A program made the translations under genes and the position numbers. The notes beneath the pieces were generated by a model. The model saw only the letters and a program-made list of their open reading frames with translations, ran no database searches and was not told the origin of the DNA. This document shows positions 50,476-64,000 of a stretch of 64,000 nucleotides of DNA, piece by piece. Positions within the stretch are counted from its first letter, which is position 1. Each line of letters begins with the position of its first letter. This DNA is from Monocercomonoides exilis PA203 (lineage: Eukaryota; Protista; Preaxostyla), in assembly GCA_001643675.2 (NCBI GenBank), contig LSRY02000057.1:372001-436000 (forward strand), in the 5' to 3' direction.

Positions 50476-53400
50476 ATGACATCGAAGCGACTTCCACAGT
50501 TTGTTTCTGCGGTACTTTTTGCTGAACAAGAAACAAATGGAAAAAAACATGTTCGACGCATGCATCCAGAAGGCTTCATATCGCAAGAGCAGTTTGATTC
50601 CAATTTATTTTAAACAATTTTTGATATTTCCAAATATTTGATTAAAATCAGGTCTCAAGCGATTGCAGATTATATGATTCCAGATGGAGTGTGATTCATG
50701 CTCTTCATTAATTTTTTGTTAACTTTTAACATTTTTATTCTGAAATGTTTTATCTTATCAGGGTATTTTTTTAACTTCGTTGTTTTTCCAAAAGAAATTT
50801 CCAATTTTTTCACAGCTTTTTGTCAAGATTCTGATGCATCCTATTTTATTTTGAACCATTCTCATTTTGCATTGAAACATATATGCGAGAAAGAATCAAC
50901 AAATTCACAGTATTCAAAATCAACAGTCAGTCAGAAGATTATCGAAGAAGAGCAAAAATCAAAACTGCTAAATGAAAAATGCCAGAGTGCAACAGAAGAT
51001 CGTGAGCAAGACGCTCAACTTGAACATGAATCTGAGACAGATTCCCACTCTGAGTCCGAAACAGAATCAAAAGTTGAATCAGAATCAGAACAAGAAATTG
51101 AACCAGAGCCGGAGATTTTAGTCCCAAAGCGCACCTATCCTAAAAGCGAGCATCTGGCAACAGTTTACGAATATTCACCAGAAATCGAAAACTGGCATCT
51201 TTTGGATCAACCAGATGAAATTGGAGACTTTGAAAATGCAAGGCTTTCATACCATAAAGTTGTCGTCACTGATCAGATCACAATAAGCATTGCCGAAGAA
51301 TCAGAAGAGAAGAAAGATTCATCTTCAGAGAATGAAGATGAAGGTGAAGGAGAAAGCAAAGAAGGCAACGATAGCGAAAAATCCCCAAAAGAAGCATTAG
51401 AAACAAGCAAAGAACCTGCCTTGAGTTTTCCTATTCACGAAAGCATCAACTCGGCAAGGCTGACAGAGACGCTGATTTCTGTGTATGCCACAGCGGAGAG
51501 GGCGATCAGCTTCTTGTTTGAGGATGTGGAAGGAGCAGACGTCTTTATGGGGGCGCTGGAGCAGGTGAATGCGTGGAACGAGGAAGACGAAGCAACGAGG
51601 GTGAGGCTTGTGATGGAGAGAGAAGCGAGAATAAAAGAGAAGGAGGAGAAAAAGAAAGAGAGAGAAATGGAAAGAGAACGGAGAAGAGAGGAGAAGAGGA
51701 AGGAGAAGGAGCAAAGGAGGTTGCAGAAGGAGAAGGAAAAGAAAGAGAGAAGAATTGCAAAAGCAAAAGAAGCTGAAAATGCAGAAGAAAACGAAAAGGA
51801 CAAGATGATTGAAAAAGAATGCACTGAAGAAGACAAACAGACAGACAGTGAAGAAAAAGAAGTGCAGAAGGCAGAATTGACAATTTTGTATGAGAATCAA
51901 AAGCCTCTTTTCTGTGTCAGCATCATCAAAAGGAACGACGAATCAGCAAATGATGGGTTTGATGCAACTCTTTCAATCAGAAATAACTTCATCACCTTTT
52001 AAACAATTTTGTAATTTCGTTTCCATTATTCATTATCTTTTGTCTAATATCAATTTTCTCATTTATTTCTTCGCTTTTATTTCTTTTTCCATTCATTTTC
52101 TTTCCTTATCAAACAGCATTCTTCTTCGTGCTCTCTGTATCTGCTCCCCATATCACGAGGCGACATCCACATTTCCTGTGCTTCTGGCAGACATTCTACG
52201 CCATTTCTATTTCAACTTCACTTCTTCTTCTTTTCTCAGCAAAATTGCAACAGTTTTGAATGACACGTGGAATGCGAGGATGAAAAGAAGAGAGGCAAAA
52301 GAAGTGAGAAAGAGAAAGAGAAGAATGATAAGTGCAGAGGAAAAGAAAGAAGAAGAAGAAGGAGAAGAGGAAGGAAAAGAGAAGAAGAAGAAGAAGAAGG
52401 AAAAAGAGGATGAGGAGGACGAGGTGGATGATGAAGTTGAAGTTGAAGAAGATGAAATGGTCTGTTTGATGAAAAAGCGATGGAGAGAGTATTTTTCTAT
52501 TCGAAAGACGTTTCCTGTGATGAAAAGAGCAGAAGGGAAAGGAAATGAAAATGAGAGTGAAGAAGAAGAAGAAGAAGAGGAGGAGGAGGAAGAAGAAGAG
52601 GAAAGAGAAGAAGAAGAGATTGGCGAAGTGAAACAAGAAAAGGATAAAGACGCAACAAAAGATGGATTTGAGCAAGCAAACAAAGAAGATGGTTCAAAAA
52701 CTGATGAAGAGCAAAAAGAGACTCACATTGCCAACCAAACAAAGAAGAATCCAAAAAGCAAACATAATTCATCATCTTCTTCTGCTTCTTCTTTGAGGAA
52801 GCTTGTTCTTTCTGAGAACGCTCTTCATCTCCAGGCAATGCTCAATGCTGCCATGTCTGTCTCTTCTGCTCTGCCTTCATCTTCTTCTGCCTCCTCCTCC
52901 TCTTCCTCCTCCTCTTCTTCTTCTCTTTCTTCTTCCACATCTCATCTTCCTCCTCTTTCTGACCCTTCCTCCTCCTCTTCCTCCTTCTCTTCTTCTTCTT
53001 CTTCTTCTTCCAGTCTTTCCTACAACCCATCTTCCAAATCTCTTTTTTCCTCTTCTTTTCCTCTCTCGGTTGAGCTGAAGCATCCATTTTATGTCTCCCC
53101 TATGCCTCCTCCCCCTCCCCCGCCTCTTCTCAGCCAGTTTGCGAAGGATGCAAATAAAACACCAAATGCGAAAAATGAACAGCAACACGAACAGAAACAG
53201 GTTGAATTGAATCAGAATCCGTTTCAGCAGCAGCAGCAGAAAAAGAAGGAGGAGGAAGAAAATGAAAAAGAAGAAGGAAAAGAAGGAAAAAGTAGAGAAG
53301 AAAGTGAAGAGAACAAAGATGATAAAAGTACCAACAATGAAGCAAATGGCATAACATCTGAATCGAAAAAAGAAGAGTCTTCAACAGAGCAGAATGAATG

Positions 53401-56400
53401 TGCTACTCCAACTGCACAAAAGACAATTCCATCATCACCATCAATATCATCAACATCATCATCATCTTCTTCTTCCTCTTCTTCCTCCTCTTCCAAGCAA
53501 AGCATCACCAAACCTCCTCGTCCAAAGCAGAAGCCTCCACCACCTCCTCCTTCTTCTTCCCTTTCCTCGTTCAACAGCCAGTCGCCTTTCCCTTTCTCTG
53601 CCATCGTTTCCACTGCCACACAATCTGGATCTTCTCCTTTTTCTCCCTCTGCTTCTTCTCCTTCTCCTTCTTCTTCCTCTTCTCATTCAACTGCTTCTCC
53701 TCTTTCCCGCTCAATGTCTGTCTCATCGCCCTTCCTGTCTTCTTCCTCTTCTTCTCTCTCTCGTCCAAGATCATCCCCAAAGGGAACCTTGTCTCTCACT
53801 CCTCTTCGCCCTCAGCGCAAACCAATTGCTCCTCCTCTTCGGCGCATCTTCATTCTTCCTTCTTCTCTTTTGAGAGGACAGTTCGTATTCGACCTCAGAG
53901 ACTTCATCAGATCTACCCCTCTTTCTCAGAGAAACACAACTTCTTCTTCTTCTTCTTCTTCCATTTCAAATTCTTCATCATCATCTTCTTCTTCTTCTTC
54001 TGCATCTTCTTCAAGTCACTTTAACATCCCTCGTCCAAAGGCTCTGCCACCACCTCCTCCAACATCTTCCACAGCATCTCCATTGGCTCGTTCATCTTCC
54101 ATGTCCTCTCCTTCTCCTTCTCCTCTATCTTCTTCTTCTTCTACATCTTCATTGTCTTCTGTGTCTTCCTTCTCATCTTCAACATTGTCTTCCTCTTCTT
54201 CTTCTTCTTCTGCTTTGTCCACTCCAAAACACAGCACACGCCCAAAATCCATGTCACTTTATGCTTCTCCCTTTGCCTCTCCTCTTTCTTCTTCTTCTTC
54301 TTCCTCTTCCTCTTCCTCTTCTTCTTCTTCTTTCACTCCATCGCTTTATTCCTTCCTTCTTCCTGAGCCTGTCACCCTGACTTCTCTTCTGAAGCAGTTC
54401 AAAGCGTCGTTTATGACGATCGTGACAGCCATCTTCATGGGGAAGCGTGTGATGATATACGGCGGAAACACTCTTTCTTCATATTCTGCTCAGTTCTTGT
54501 CTGCTCCGTCATCTTCTGCGGTTCAAACAATTTCTTCTTCTTCATCTCCGTCTTCTTCATCTTCATCTTCATCCTCTTCTGCTTTTTCATCTTCTTCTCC
54601 ATTATCAACATTGCCACCTGATTCAACTTCTTCTTCTTCCTCTTCTTCCTCCTCCTCTTCTTCTTCTTCAGTGACTGTCTCCACCATCACCCAGACCGTC
54701 CTTCTTCTCTCTTCTCTCTTTGCCCATCTCTTTCCTTCAGACGCCTTCCTCACACAGCGCTTCTTCCCTATCACTTCTTCAAATGACCTTTCTTTCTTCC
54801 AAGTCGAAGGATATGTGGCTGGCGTTGTTTCCCGCAAGATTGTCGACAGAAAGAAAGAGAAAGAGAAGGAGAAAGAGAGAAAAATGAAGATGGAAAGAGA
54901 GGCGGCTGAAAGCAGAGCGCTGAAGGCTCGCAAATTGGAAGAGAGGAAGACGCAACTGGCACAAAAAGGAGAAGAAGCAGTAAGGCAGACAGCAAATGGG
55001 AATGCAATTGCAGAGAAAGAACCGAGTGTTTTGTCGAATGAAGAAGAAGCACAAGATAAAAATGATGAAGAGACAAAGGAAGGAGTTGAAAATAAGGAGG
55101 ATGCGAAGGAAATAGAAGCATCTGAGAAGAAAGAAGAAAGAGAAGCAGAAAAAGAAGTTAATGGAAACAAAACTGAGGGAATGCAGAACAATGAAAGTGC
55201 AACATCAAACGGAGAAGCCGAAAAGGTTATCAGCAAAGACAACAAGCCAATTGAATCTGACAACACAAACAAAGCAGAAGAAGCGAGCAAAGCAGAAATA
55301 GACGAAGATTGGGATCTGCTTGTTGACTTGGAGAAAAGCAAAGTGGAGTGGAGGGAGGTGGAGATAGAGAAAGCAGCAGGAGGGGTGTTGTCTGTGCTGG
55401 CTGATGCAGTTGCCACGTTTGCGAGCTATTCGTTTGAGAACGAAGAAGGAGGAGACCAGAAGAAGAAGGGCGAAGAGACGAAAGACGGAGGAGAAGGAGA
55501 AAAGAAAGGGAAAGATGTTTCTGTTGAGAATGGCAATGAGGAGAAGAAGAAGGAAGAGGAAGAGGAAGAAGATGATGATGAGCATTCAGAATATGAAGAG
55601 TACGATGAAGAGGAAGAGGAAGAAGAGAACGAAAAAGCAAAAGATGCCAAGAAGGAAGAAGAAGATACAATGAAGCCGTCTCTTCTGTCAGAAGACGAGT
55701 CACTCCAGAAATCTGAACAAAAGGAGACTGAAGCAGATGCACAGAGCAATGAAAAGAAGAAGAAGAAAGATGAGTTAGCAAAGAAGCAAAAGCACACAAG
55801 CAAAGGAGGAGCAGCCAAAGAAAGCAGCAAGTCTTATTCGAGTGCAGTTAGAGTGAAAGCGCCGAAAGGGCCACTGGATGCGATGACAGACGAGGAAATC
55901 TCAAACAATGTCTTTTTCATGTCAGATTCTGTGTTGCTCTTGAGAAGAGACACCGCTGCATCTTCTCTTCAGTCGTCTGCGTTGGATTCAAAGAGCGCTT
56001 CTTCAACACAATTGTCAGCTGCATCCATTCATCCATCATCATCATCATCATCATCAAATTCAGCACTTACTGCTTCAACATCTCCGAAATATCATTTCCT
56101 GAATGACTTTTCCTCTTTGAGAGTTGTTCCGCAAGTGAAGCTGTCATTCCCTCTGTTCCGTGTCCCTCCTCCTCTCCTCCTCCGCCCCATCACCTCCATC
56201 ACCACCCTCTTCTCCACCGCGCCCTGGGCATCTTCTGATGCGCTGTTCATCAACAAAGTTCTGAAGGGCGTGGAAGAAGACAACGGCGAGTTGTGGGCGT
56301 GGAAGATGATGAGAGAGAGGCTCACACGAATGGCGCTGCAGGCTGTGGGCGCTTGGCCAACAGTCCGCTTGTGGGAGCACAAGGAAAGCGCTTTTGAGAG

Positions 56401-57453
56401 GATAAAGAGAATTGTGGAGGAAGAAGGGAAAGAAGAGAAGGAAGGGAAAGAAGGGAAGAAGGATTTGGAGGCAGAAGGAAACAAAAACATAAAGAGTGAA
56501 AAGAAGGAGGCTGATGCAACAAATGAAAAAGCAAGTGACGTTTCAGAGGTGAGCAATAAGAGTGTTAATGGCAAAGAGGCAGAATCGGCCGAAGACAAAG
56601 AAGCACAAAGACTGAAGAAGAGGCAGAAGGAGATTGAAGAGCACAGACATCTGCAGAATGTGATTGAATACGAAAGGAAAATGAAGATATGGCTGAGAGA
56701 AGAGAATGACGAGCTTAACAGAAACAGAATCCGCTATGCTTCTTTTCGCCATTCGTCAACAGGAAAGATGTTTGAGCAAATGATTGGAGAAGAAAAGGAA
56801 AGAGAGAAAGAGGCAAAGGGAGGAATACTGCAGATGTATCAGTGCGTTTCATTGCTTCAGGTGTGTTCTTCGTTTATTAAAGATGAATTTAATTCAGACA
56901 AAACAAACAAAATGAACTGTTTATAAATTTATGTTGTTTTTCTTTGTGTTTCATTCAATTATTCAGGATCGGCCTGATTTGTACCCATTCCAGACGTTGG
57001 AGTGTGTGAAAGCGATCAACAAAGCACTTGACACCCCACTCGGAATTGAGAATGTTTGAATATTTCTTCTTCTTTTTCTTCTTCTTTTTTGAAGTATTAT
57101 TATTTCATTGATTGCTTCTATCAATCTAATTATCTCTCTCTATTTTTAGCTCATTTGCTGTCTTCCACCACACAAAGGCGGAGTTAATGTTTTGATGTCG
57201 CTTTTCTTCCATGTTTCTTCGAGTGTTCGCTCGCAAATAACAGAAATTATGACAAAGCTCCAACAGAATTCTGTATGCATCACATTTTGTTCTAATTATT
57301 CAGAATAACTAACATTTTTCATATCTCCTTTGAATTTTTTGAAATGATTTGATTTTCTCTTTTTATCTTTTTCTTTCTTCCTTTTCACTTCGCAAACAGG
57401 TTGGGCGGCTTTCGATGGATGCCTTAAATCTCTTTTTGTCCATTGCAATCTGA
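50476..57453 (+). CDS. Afi1/MesA-like (DENN-related) polarity/trafficking protein, multi-exon
   Basis: N-terminal VSAVLFAE...HP...IADYMIPDG, LFCVSII...LRALCICS, SPA-like core TAIFMGKRVMIYG...RFFP...VEGYVAGV...WDLLVDL, and DALFINKV...GE. Joins ORFs 50698 and 51890 plus short terminal exons. Exact exon edges are partly uncertain. Confidence 0.72.
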
Positions 57454-57970
57454 AACATTTTGGTTGAATTTAAATTATAAAAAAGTATTTTCTTCCATTT
57501 TTTTTTCCGTTCAAATATCTTTTGAATGCAACTTGTTTGGAACATTATTCACCATTTATTATAATTAAAATTATTATTATTATTATTCTCTTCCTGTTTA
57601 GTTGTCTCTTTATTCTTCCATTTTCTGCTGGAAACTGAAAAATAAAATATGTGTTTATTGGCTGATATTTTCTTTGGATTAACACTTAGCAAAACATTGA
57701 ACCCGAATGATATTTCTTTTCTTTCTTATTTCTTTTTTTATTCATTTGCTTAATGCTGCATTTCGGGGTACTATCCATTCCCTTTACAAGAAATGAACAC
57801 CTAAAAGAAATTCAGGTATTAGAAATGAGTCATTTAGAATTACATAAATAAAACTTTGTTTTTTTGAATGTCTTTATAAAAAATAAGTTATTTTGGTAAA
57901 ATGAAAAAGATTTTGTAAATTTATTTTAAAAACTTCACATTGTTCACTTTGACATTTGATGTCATTTGTT

Positions 57971-59108
57971 CTATCTGCTCTCACCAGCAGTGTCGTTTTG
58001 GAATCCGTCTGTGTCTTTTGACTCTCCATCCCACGATGAATTATCAGTTCCCCAGCTGGCGCTTGAAGAATTATCGCGGCGATCTTCCTCTCCAGAAGAA
58101 ATAGGCTCGCTCTGCTGCACTCTTCGGTCCATTCCTCCCGCTGGTGATCGGCCGCGAGATGATGATCTGTTCCATTGAGGAGATCTTCTTGATGGAGATC
58201 TGGGAGATGAAGGTGAAAATCGTGGAGGTGAAGCATATCTCCGTGGGGAAGAGCCTCGGGGAGAGTAACGGCGATGCGCAGAACTACGACGAGGTGGATA
58301 CGACCTTCCAGGTGACGTATATCTTCGATCAGAATCATATGGAGAATAAGGAGAACGATTGCGATATCTTCCACGACTTGAACTTCTGCTTCTGCTTCTG
58401 CTTCGTCTTGGACTTCTATATCGATCCCAATGTCTGCTATCTTCTCTATCCCTACTTGTACTCCGATATCTCCTTGATTTCTCATATGGGGACGATCCTC
58501 TCCTATAGTCGCCACGATCGCCATATGAGCCTCTTGAAGGACTTCGTCTCCTTCGAGATCCCGAATCACGCCTAGGTTCAAGACAATCACGAGATAGATG
58601 TCCCTCTTTCCCACAGTTAAAACAAAGAGTGGTCCGTGAACGTTCTCTTCGCGGTTCAGGGCAATCGCGAGCAAGATGACCTGGTCTTCCACAGTTAAAG
58701 CAATTTGTGCCACCTTCGCTTCGTGATGGCCTTGACCGAGATGGTGCAACAGTAATTGTTGAACCAAATAATTCTTGATGATCCATATTTCTTATTGCTT
58801 CTGAGGCGTCTCCAGGATCGCGAAATTGCTATAAATTGAATGGAACACAAGACCACACCGAATAAACATGCAATTACACAAAATAGGAATAAAAAACGAT
58901 CCAAGGACCACAAATTTGCATTATGTCAGGAATCAAGAACAAATCATGGGCATTCAGAACGCAACTTTCAGGAACAAACCAAGAATGCATAACCAGTTTT
59001 AATGTCAATTCTTTCTATTGAACCAAACGTAGAAAATTTTTTTTCAAGTTCTTCAGATGTGATATCACGAGGCAAATTGCCAACATGAAGGCGGCATGGA
59101 TCTGTCAT
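57971..59108 (-). CDS. SR splicing factor: RRM, two CCHC zinc knuckles, RS domain (SRSF7/RS2Z-like architecture)
   Basis: Exon 1 (58980-59108) has RLHVGNLP (RNP2) and GYAFL. Intron 58829-58979. Exon 2 reads [12 protein letters not shown]..., [28 protein letters not shown], then SRSRSRS repeats. Confidence 0.92.
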
Positions 59109-61030
59109 TTTTGATCTTGTTGCATTATTTCGACATCAGTTTCAATCCACGCACGAATTCTCCTTCTGATGAATTATTTCCTGATGAATGATGGCTATTG
59201 AAGATAAACTTACAATTTTGAAATGCTGAACAAATTTGATTGCAATAACCGTTTTTCATTCATAATTGTTTGATCTTCAAAAAAATTTTTTTATTAAATA
59301 AAATGAAAAAAAACAAAGATAAAAATAACTGACTTTTTAACTTATTGTCAAGACAAAACTCGAAAAAATAACCTTCTTTCTTTAAAATATCTCAACTCAT
59401 TTGGTTTTTATTAACATTAAATTTTTTTGAATTTATGTTTGAATTTTTTCAAAACCCCCAATAATAAAAGTCAAATCAAAATTCGATCAACTCCAAATTT
59501 TTTAGACAAAAATCAAAAAATATCTGAACTTTTTTTTTAAAATTTATTTTTTTTCGTAATGATTTTTTTTTCAAATATTATTTTACTATCTGAATGAAAA
59601 GAATAATTTTACGGATAATGTTCAAAAAAATAAATCAATAGATTTTCACACAAATAGATCAATCGTATTTTTCTAATTTATTATCAAAATATATCAAAGC
59701 ATTTTTCCCTCAATCAATGCAATTTGAATCAGTCATAATTACTTCATAATCCTTCTCATGAAATATATCGCCAGCATCAGGAATTACTTCAATTTCTGGA
59801 AGATCAATTTCTTAATCTACAATAACGGGTTTTTCTTTTGGAACAATTCGCACGTTTTTGCAATATTTCAACAAATATTGTTCATGCTATGTTTTTAAAA
59901 GCATTATGAGCAAGCAGTTCGCGATAAACATTATTCTAGCACCTTTCTTTGAGGGAAATACTCTGAAAAGAATTAACATATCAACGGATAAATGCAAGCA
60001 CCTGTTTGTCGGTTTGCTATCAACATTTTGTGACATACCGTGATGCAAGTGTTTCATAAATCTTTTGTATTACGATCACTTTTCCACTCATAACTTTTAA
60101 CAGTTATTTCTGGAACTTTTGTGTTATGAATACAGTGAGTGCTTAACCCGATCCGAGTGCAAAACCCGATCCATTTTCTAAACATTTCTGAATCACTCGT
60201 TAGACTGAAACTTTCATTTTTTTGGAATTGATTGGCTTGATTTCTTGCAAAATGACTTACCCATGCTAAACTTGACACTCATGGCATCTCAAAAGTCTTC
60301 AATCAAATTAAACAAAATTTACAAATCCGTTGCAATTTCCTTTTGAAATTCAATTTTTTTGAATAAAAACTTATTAAAGATACCTCTATTGTTCTTTCTG
60401 TTTCTTTTGCATGCATTGAAAAGATGGAATGAAAGAAAAAAGAGAAAAGAAAAGCTTATTAAAAGTAACTCTCATTATGAGAAAAATGTTATGAACGTTT
60501 TTCGAAAATATTATTTTGAAATTTTCAATTTTTCGTAAAATTTTTCTTCGATTTCCTTTTTTTTCTTGCAACAAACAGGTGGAAGCAATCTCGGAGGCTT
60601 CAAGAATTTTTCTTCCTTAACTTTGTGAGCTTTTTTGACAGTGTCTTCGTTTTCATCTTTGCGAATGCGGATCTTTTTTCTGTCCTTGCAATCTTTTCAC
60701 TAAGCTGTTTCTGTTCGTTTTCTTCTGTCAGGTTCCTAAATTCTTTTCTGGAATGTTTTGGTGAACGTTTTTTATCTTTTGTCATGTTTTTTTGAAATTA
60801 TTGCTTGTTCTTATTGCTATTGAAGATAATGCAAATGATTCAATGCATGCTTTATTTGATCCTCTAATTCATCAAGCGTTTTTTTGTTTGTTGTTTTTTT
60901 TATCTTCTGAATGTCCGTCCAATCCTTTCTAAATTGCTTGCGGCTGAGAAGATGAAGAAGATGAATCGATGGATGAAGATTGCTCTTTTATAAAAGACTT
61001 GCAATTTGTTTCTTGTTGATTTTCATTTTT

Positions 61031-62391
61031 TCACGTTTCCTTTTTCGGAGAAAATTCTCCAAAAAGTTTTTCTTTCCATTGAGCAGTTGTTTCGCACGAC
61101 GAAGATTCTGCGTTGCTATCTGTATGGGGAGATCCTGCTATTCTTTCCAACACATGAGCAACCATCACAGGCCAAATACCTGTTTTGATGAAAGAGGATC
61201 GAATGGTTGATGGAGCTGATGCAGCTGCAACTGCATCAGGAAGTGCTTCTGCTAATGAAGATCTGTAACGGCTCATTGAAAACGGGTTAGGTGTACAAAA
61301 CTTATTGTAATGAGTATTTTTCAACTGAGAAAACACACACGAATCGCATGGTTGTAGAAGATGCGTCATGTTTGGAGAGAAGAATTTTAGAAGAATTCCT
61401 TTTTCTTTTGCAACGTTTGATACGTCCTCATAGAAATGTGTTCGGTGGTTGTCCATTAGCGGAAGAGCTTTGTGTGTTGGAGATGGTTTTGATTTATTGA
61501 TGATTTTAGGAAACCAGTTATTCAACATGATGGATTTTAATATATCTTTTGTGACCCATCCAGAAGAAGCTGAAATGAAGTGGATGTTGAAATAGGAAAG
61601 AGAAAAAAATTCTGAAAGAAGATCTTTCGAAGGCCAAAGAAGATAGCTGGGTAATGATGAACCATCAGCACTAATTCACATGCACAAAGTTGAATTAGTC
61701 ACTTTTGGAGGTGATGGAGGAGCAGGTGGATTTTGTCCTTTGAGGCAAACAACAAGTTTTGAAGTTGTTTCACCAATTGACAAAGATGATTCATCAAAAT
61801 TGTTAATATCAGAAGAAATGATATTATGCTCCGAAATGAGAGATGATAATTCAGTGAACCAAGCTCTCACTTTGTCGGGTTATTGTGCTTCAATTTTCTT
61901 TATTTCCATTTGTCTGGAAACAGCCGCATGAAGAACGCTACTCCTTTTTAGCAGTTTATAGGCATTCTTTTTGTTGATTTTTAATCGGATCCTGATCAGC
62001 ATCTGAACTTTTTTCAAGCAAATCAACGCACTGAAAGGTAATAAAAGATTCGAAAAGTTTTAATACAACAATCACACACCATCGATTGAATATCTCTGAC
62101 ACGAACAGTAGCTTGCTCCGACAAAAGAGCCAACACTTGATTCTCAATTGTTTCCAGCTGATTATCCGTAATTACAAATGGGTGTCCATCGCATCCGATT
62201 TCTCTTCCTTCCTTTTCTGCCTTTTTTGCTCGAAACCAAGCACCTTTCGATATAACTTTTTCTTCAAATGCAGTTTGCCATTTAACATAGATATTTTGTT
62301 TGATAGCGTATATTTTTTAAATTGGTGACTCAAAAGCTTTATATTTCCTTACTGCAAGTTCTCTATGTAACTGGAAAGCAGTTAATTCCAT
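61031..62391 (-). pseudogene. pogo-type (DDE_1, DD35D) transposase pseudogene with an intron
   Basis: Catalytic motifs NFDES, LMDNH and THLLQPCD, with 35 residues between the second and third Asp. ATG at 62391, intron 62031-62079, several stops and frameshifts. Element ends not located. Confidence 0.85.
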
Positions 62392-64000
62392 GCTTTTTAT
62401 TATTCATTATGGATATGATCAGAAAGAAATAAAAGTTTTTAAGGTGCAAGAAAAGTCAAAAAATACAAATTAATCGGATTAATATACTTGATAACTAATT
62501 GATAATATGCAAAAACGTACAAACACTTTTTGTTACTTTTTGCATTGAAATATGAAACTTTCATAAGTTTTTGATTTTCAGTTAATGAATCGTTTTTGAC
62601 ATTCAAGCTCATCGTTAATGGACTAATAGTTTCTTTGCAATAAAACAGAAAGCACAGTTTGGAACATACAGTTGAAATTCTTTTTTCATTTTGAAAATAC
62701 TGCTCATAATTCTTTGTTTCAAATCTGGTTTTGCACTTGGATCTGGTAAAGTTCCCTCTGTAATTCGGATCAATGTTTCTTTTGTTTAATTTAATTCAAT
62801 GATGACATAATTAGCATGAGCCACTTCACCTTTCTTCCTCTCGACTTCTCTTTATATTCACAGGTTGTCCTTTTATCTTCCTTTTCCATATTTCCTTCTC
62901 TTCCAAACAATCTCTTCTATTTTTGGTTTATTAACAGATCCTCCTAATTTAGGGATCATTTTATTCTACGTTTGAGCCTTAACAACTTGAACAACTATTG
63001 TCCAATAACCAATTGTTTGATTTGAAACACCTGCCAAAAAAATAGAATTGTTTCGGTTCGAACCCGATCCAGTCGCATTAAAGAATCTGCAAAACAATAT
63101 ATATCGGAAGTTTTATTTTGGAAAATTCTGAATTCTTAAATATAGAGGTTATTTTTTTCTGCATGTTTGATACCAAAGATATGAGAATCTTCTATTTCCT
63201 CCCTTGTTCTCCTCTTGTTTCTGCACTAATGTCAACCCTTAGCAGCGAACTTTTGAATACGTTTGAAAAACCAATTTCATGTTTCTTCTTTTCAAATAAA
63301 ATTGGTATTCAATTCATATACAGTTTTTATTAAACTTAATCAGATCTGCCATCAAATTCTTTTCATCCCAAACAATTAATTAAAATTTTTTTCTCCAAAT
63401 TTTAATAAACAATGAAAAAATAATTCCCGATTGCTGGAAATTTGCTAAATATGTTAATAAATAATGAAAATGACTTTGAGAATTGTTTTTTCTGATGTGT
63501 AAGGAAAAGATTTTTTATTATCATAAACTGCTTTTGATCATTTATAAAACTTCAACAAATCAACAAAATTTCTTATTTTTGTGAACTTTATCATTTTTCC
63601 CCCCGGTCCTTTGGTTTTTTGGTCTTTTGTTTTTTGATTCAACTATAAGTTATTATCCTATCCAATCGCAATGTTCCCGTTGATCATAAATGGCATGTCT
63701 TCTGATAATATATATAGTTTTTTCCTCCAACAAACAACGTGATTTCAACATATTCTCACAGTTGAAGAATCCAGGTTGGTTTTGAGATAAAAATTTTGGA
63801 ATTTTTTGGCATATGATAACTTTACGTAGTCGTTGAAATGTTCACAAAATTTTGAAACATTAATTAAATGTCATTTAATCGAATAAGTAAAACACATATC
63901 GCATAGAATTTTTGGTTTTTAATCTGACATTTTTTTATAAAATAAAATATGATAAAGTTAAATATTGTGGGAGTTATCAATTTTTGAAAAGATGAAAAAA

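Overview
AT-rich eukaryotic genomic DNA with short GT-AG spliceosomal introns and the standard genetic code. Gene style (huge poly-Ser/poly-Glu inserts, a Cys-rich beta-helix receptor with a degenerate kinase tail) suggests an oxymonad such as Monocercomonoides; this is inference, not a database result. Host genes rebuilt from the sequence: a 2.5k-aa receptor-like pseudokinase, UPF2, a HAUS1/augmin-like gene head-to-head with a giant CNOT1, ADF/cofilin, an equilibrative nucleoside transporter, an Afi1/MesA-like DENN-type protein, and an RRM-2xZn-knuckle SR protein. The mobile content is rich. The main find is a decayed 4.6-kb DIRS-type tyrosine-recombinase retroelement (12421-17013) with inverted terminal repeats, RNase H, methyltransferase-like and recombinase remnants, and a palindromic internal copy of the end-to-end junction. 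There are also two intron-bearing pogo-like transposase relics and four families of foldback/MITE elements, two of them nested in other elements and bounded by GG termini with 4-bp duplications. All family assignments come from motif recognition by eye.
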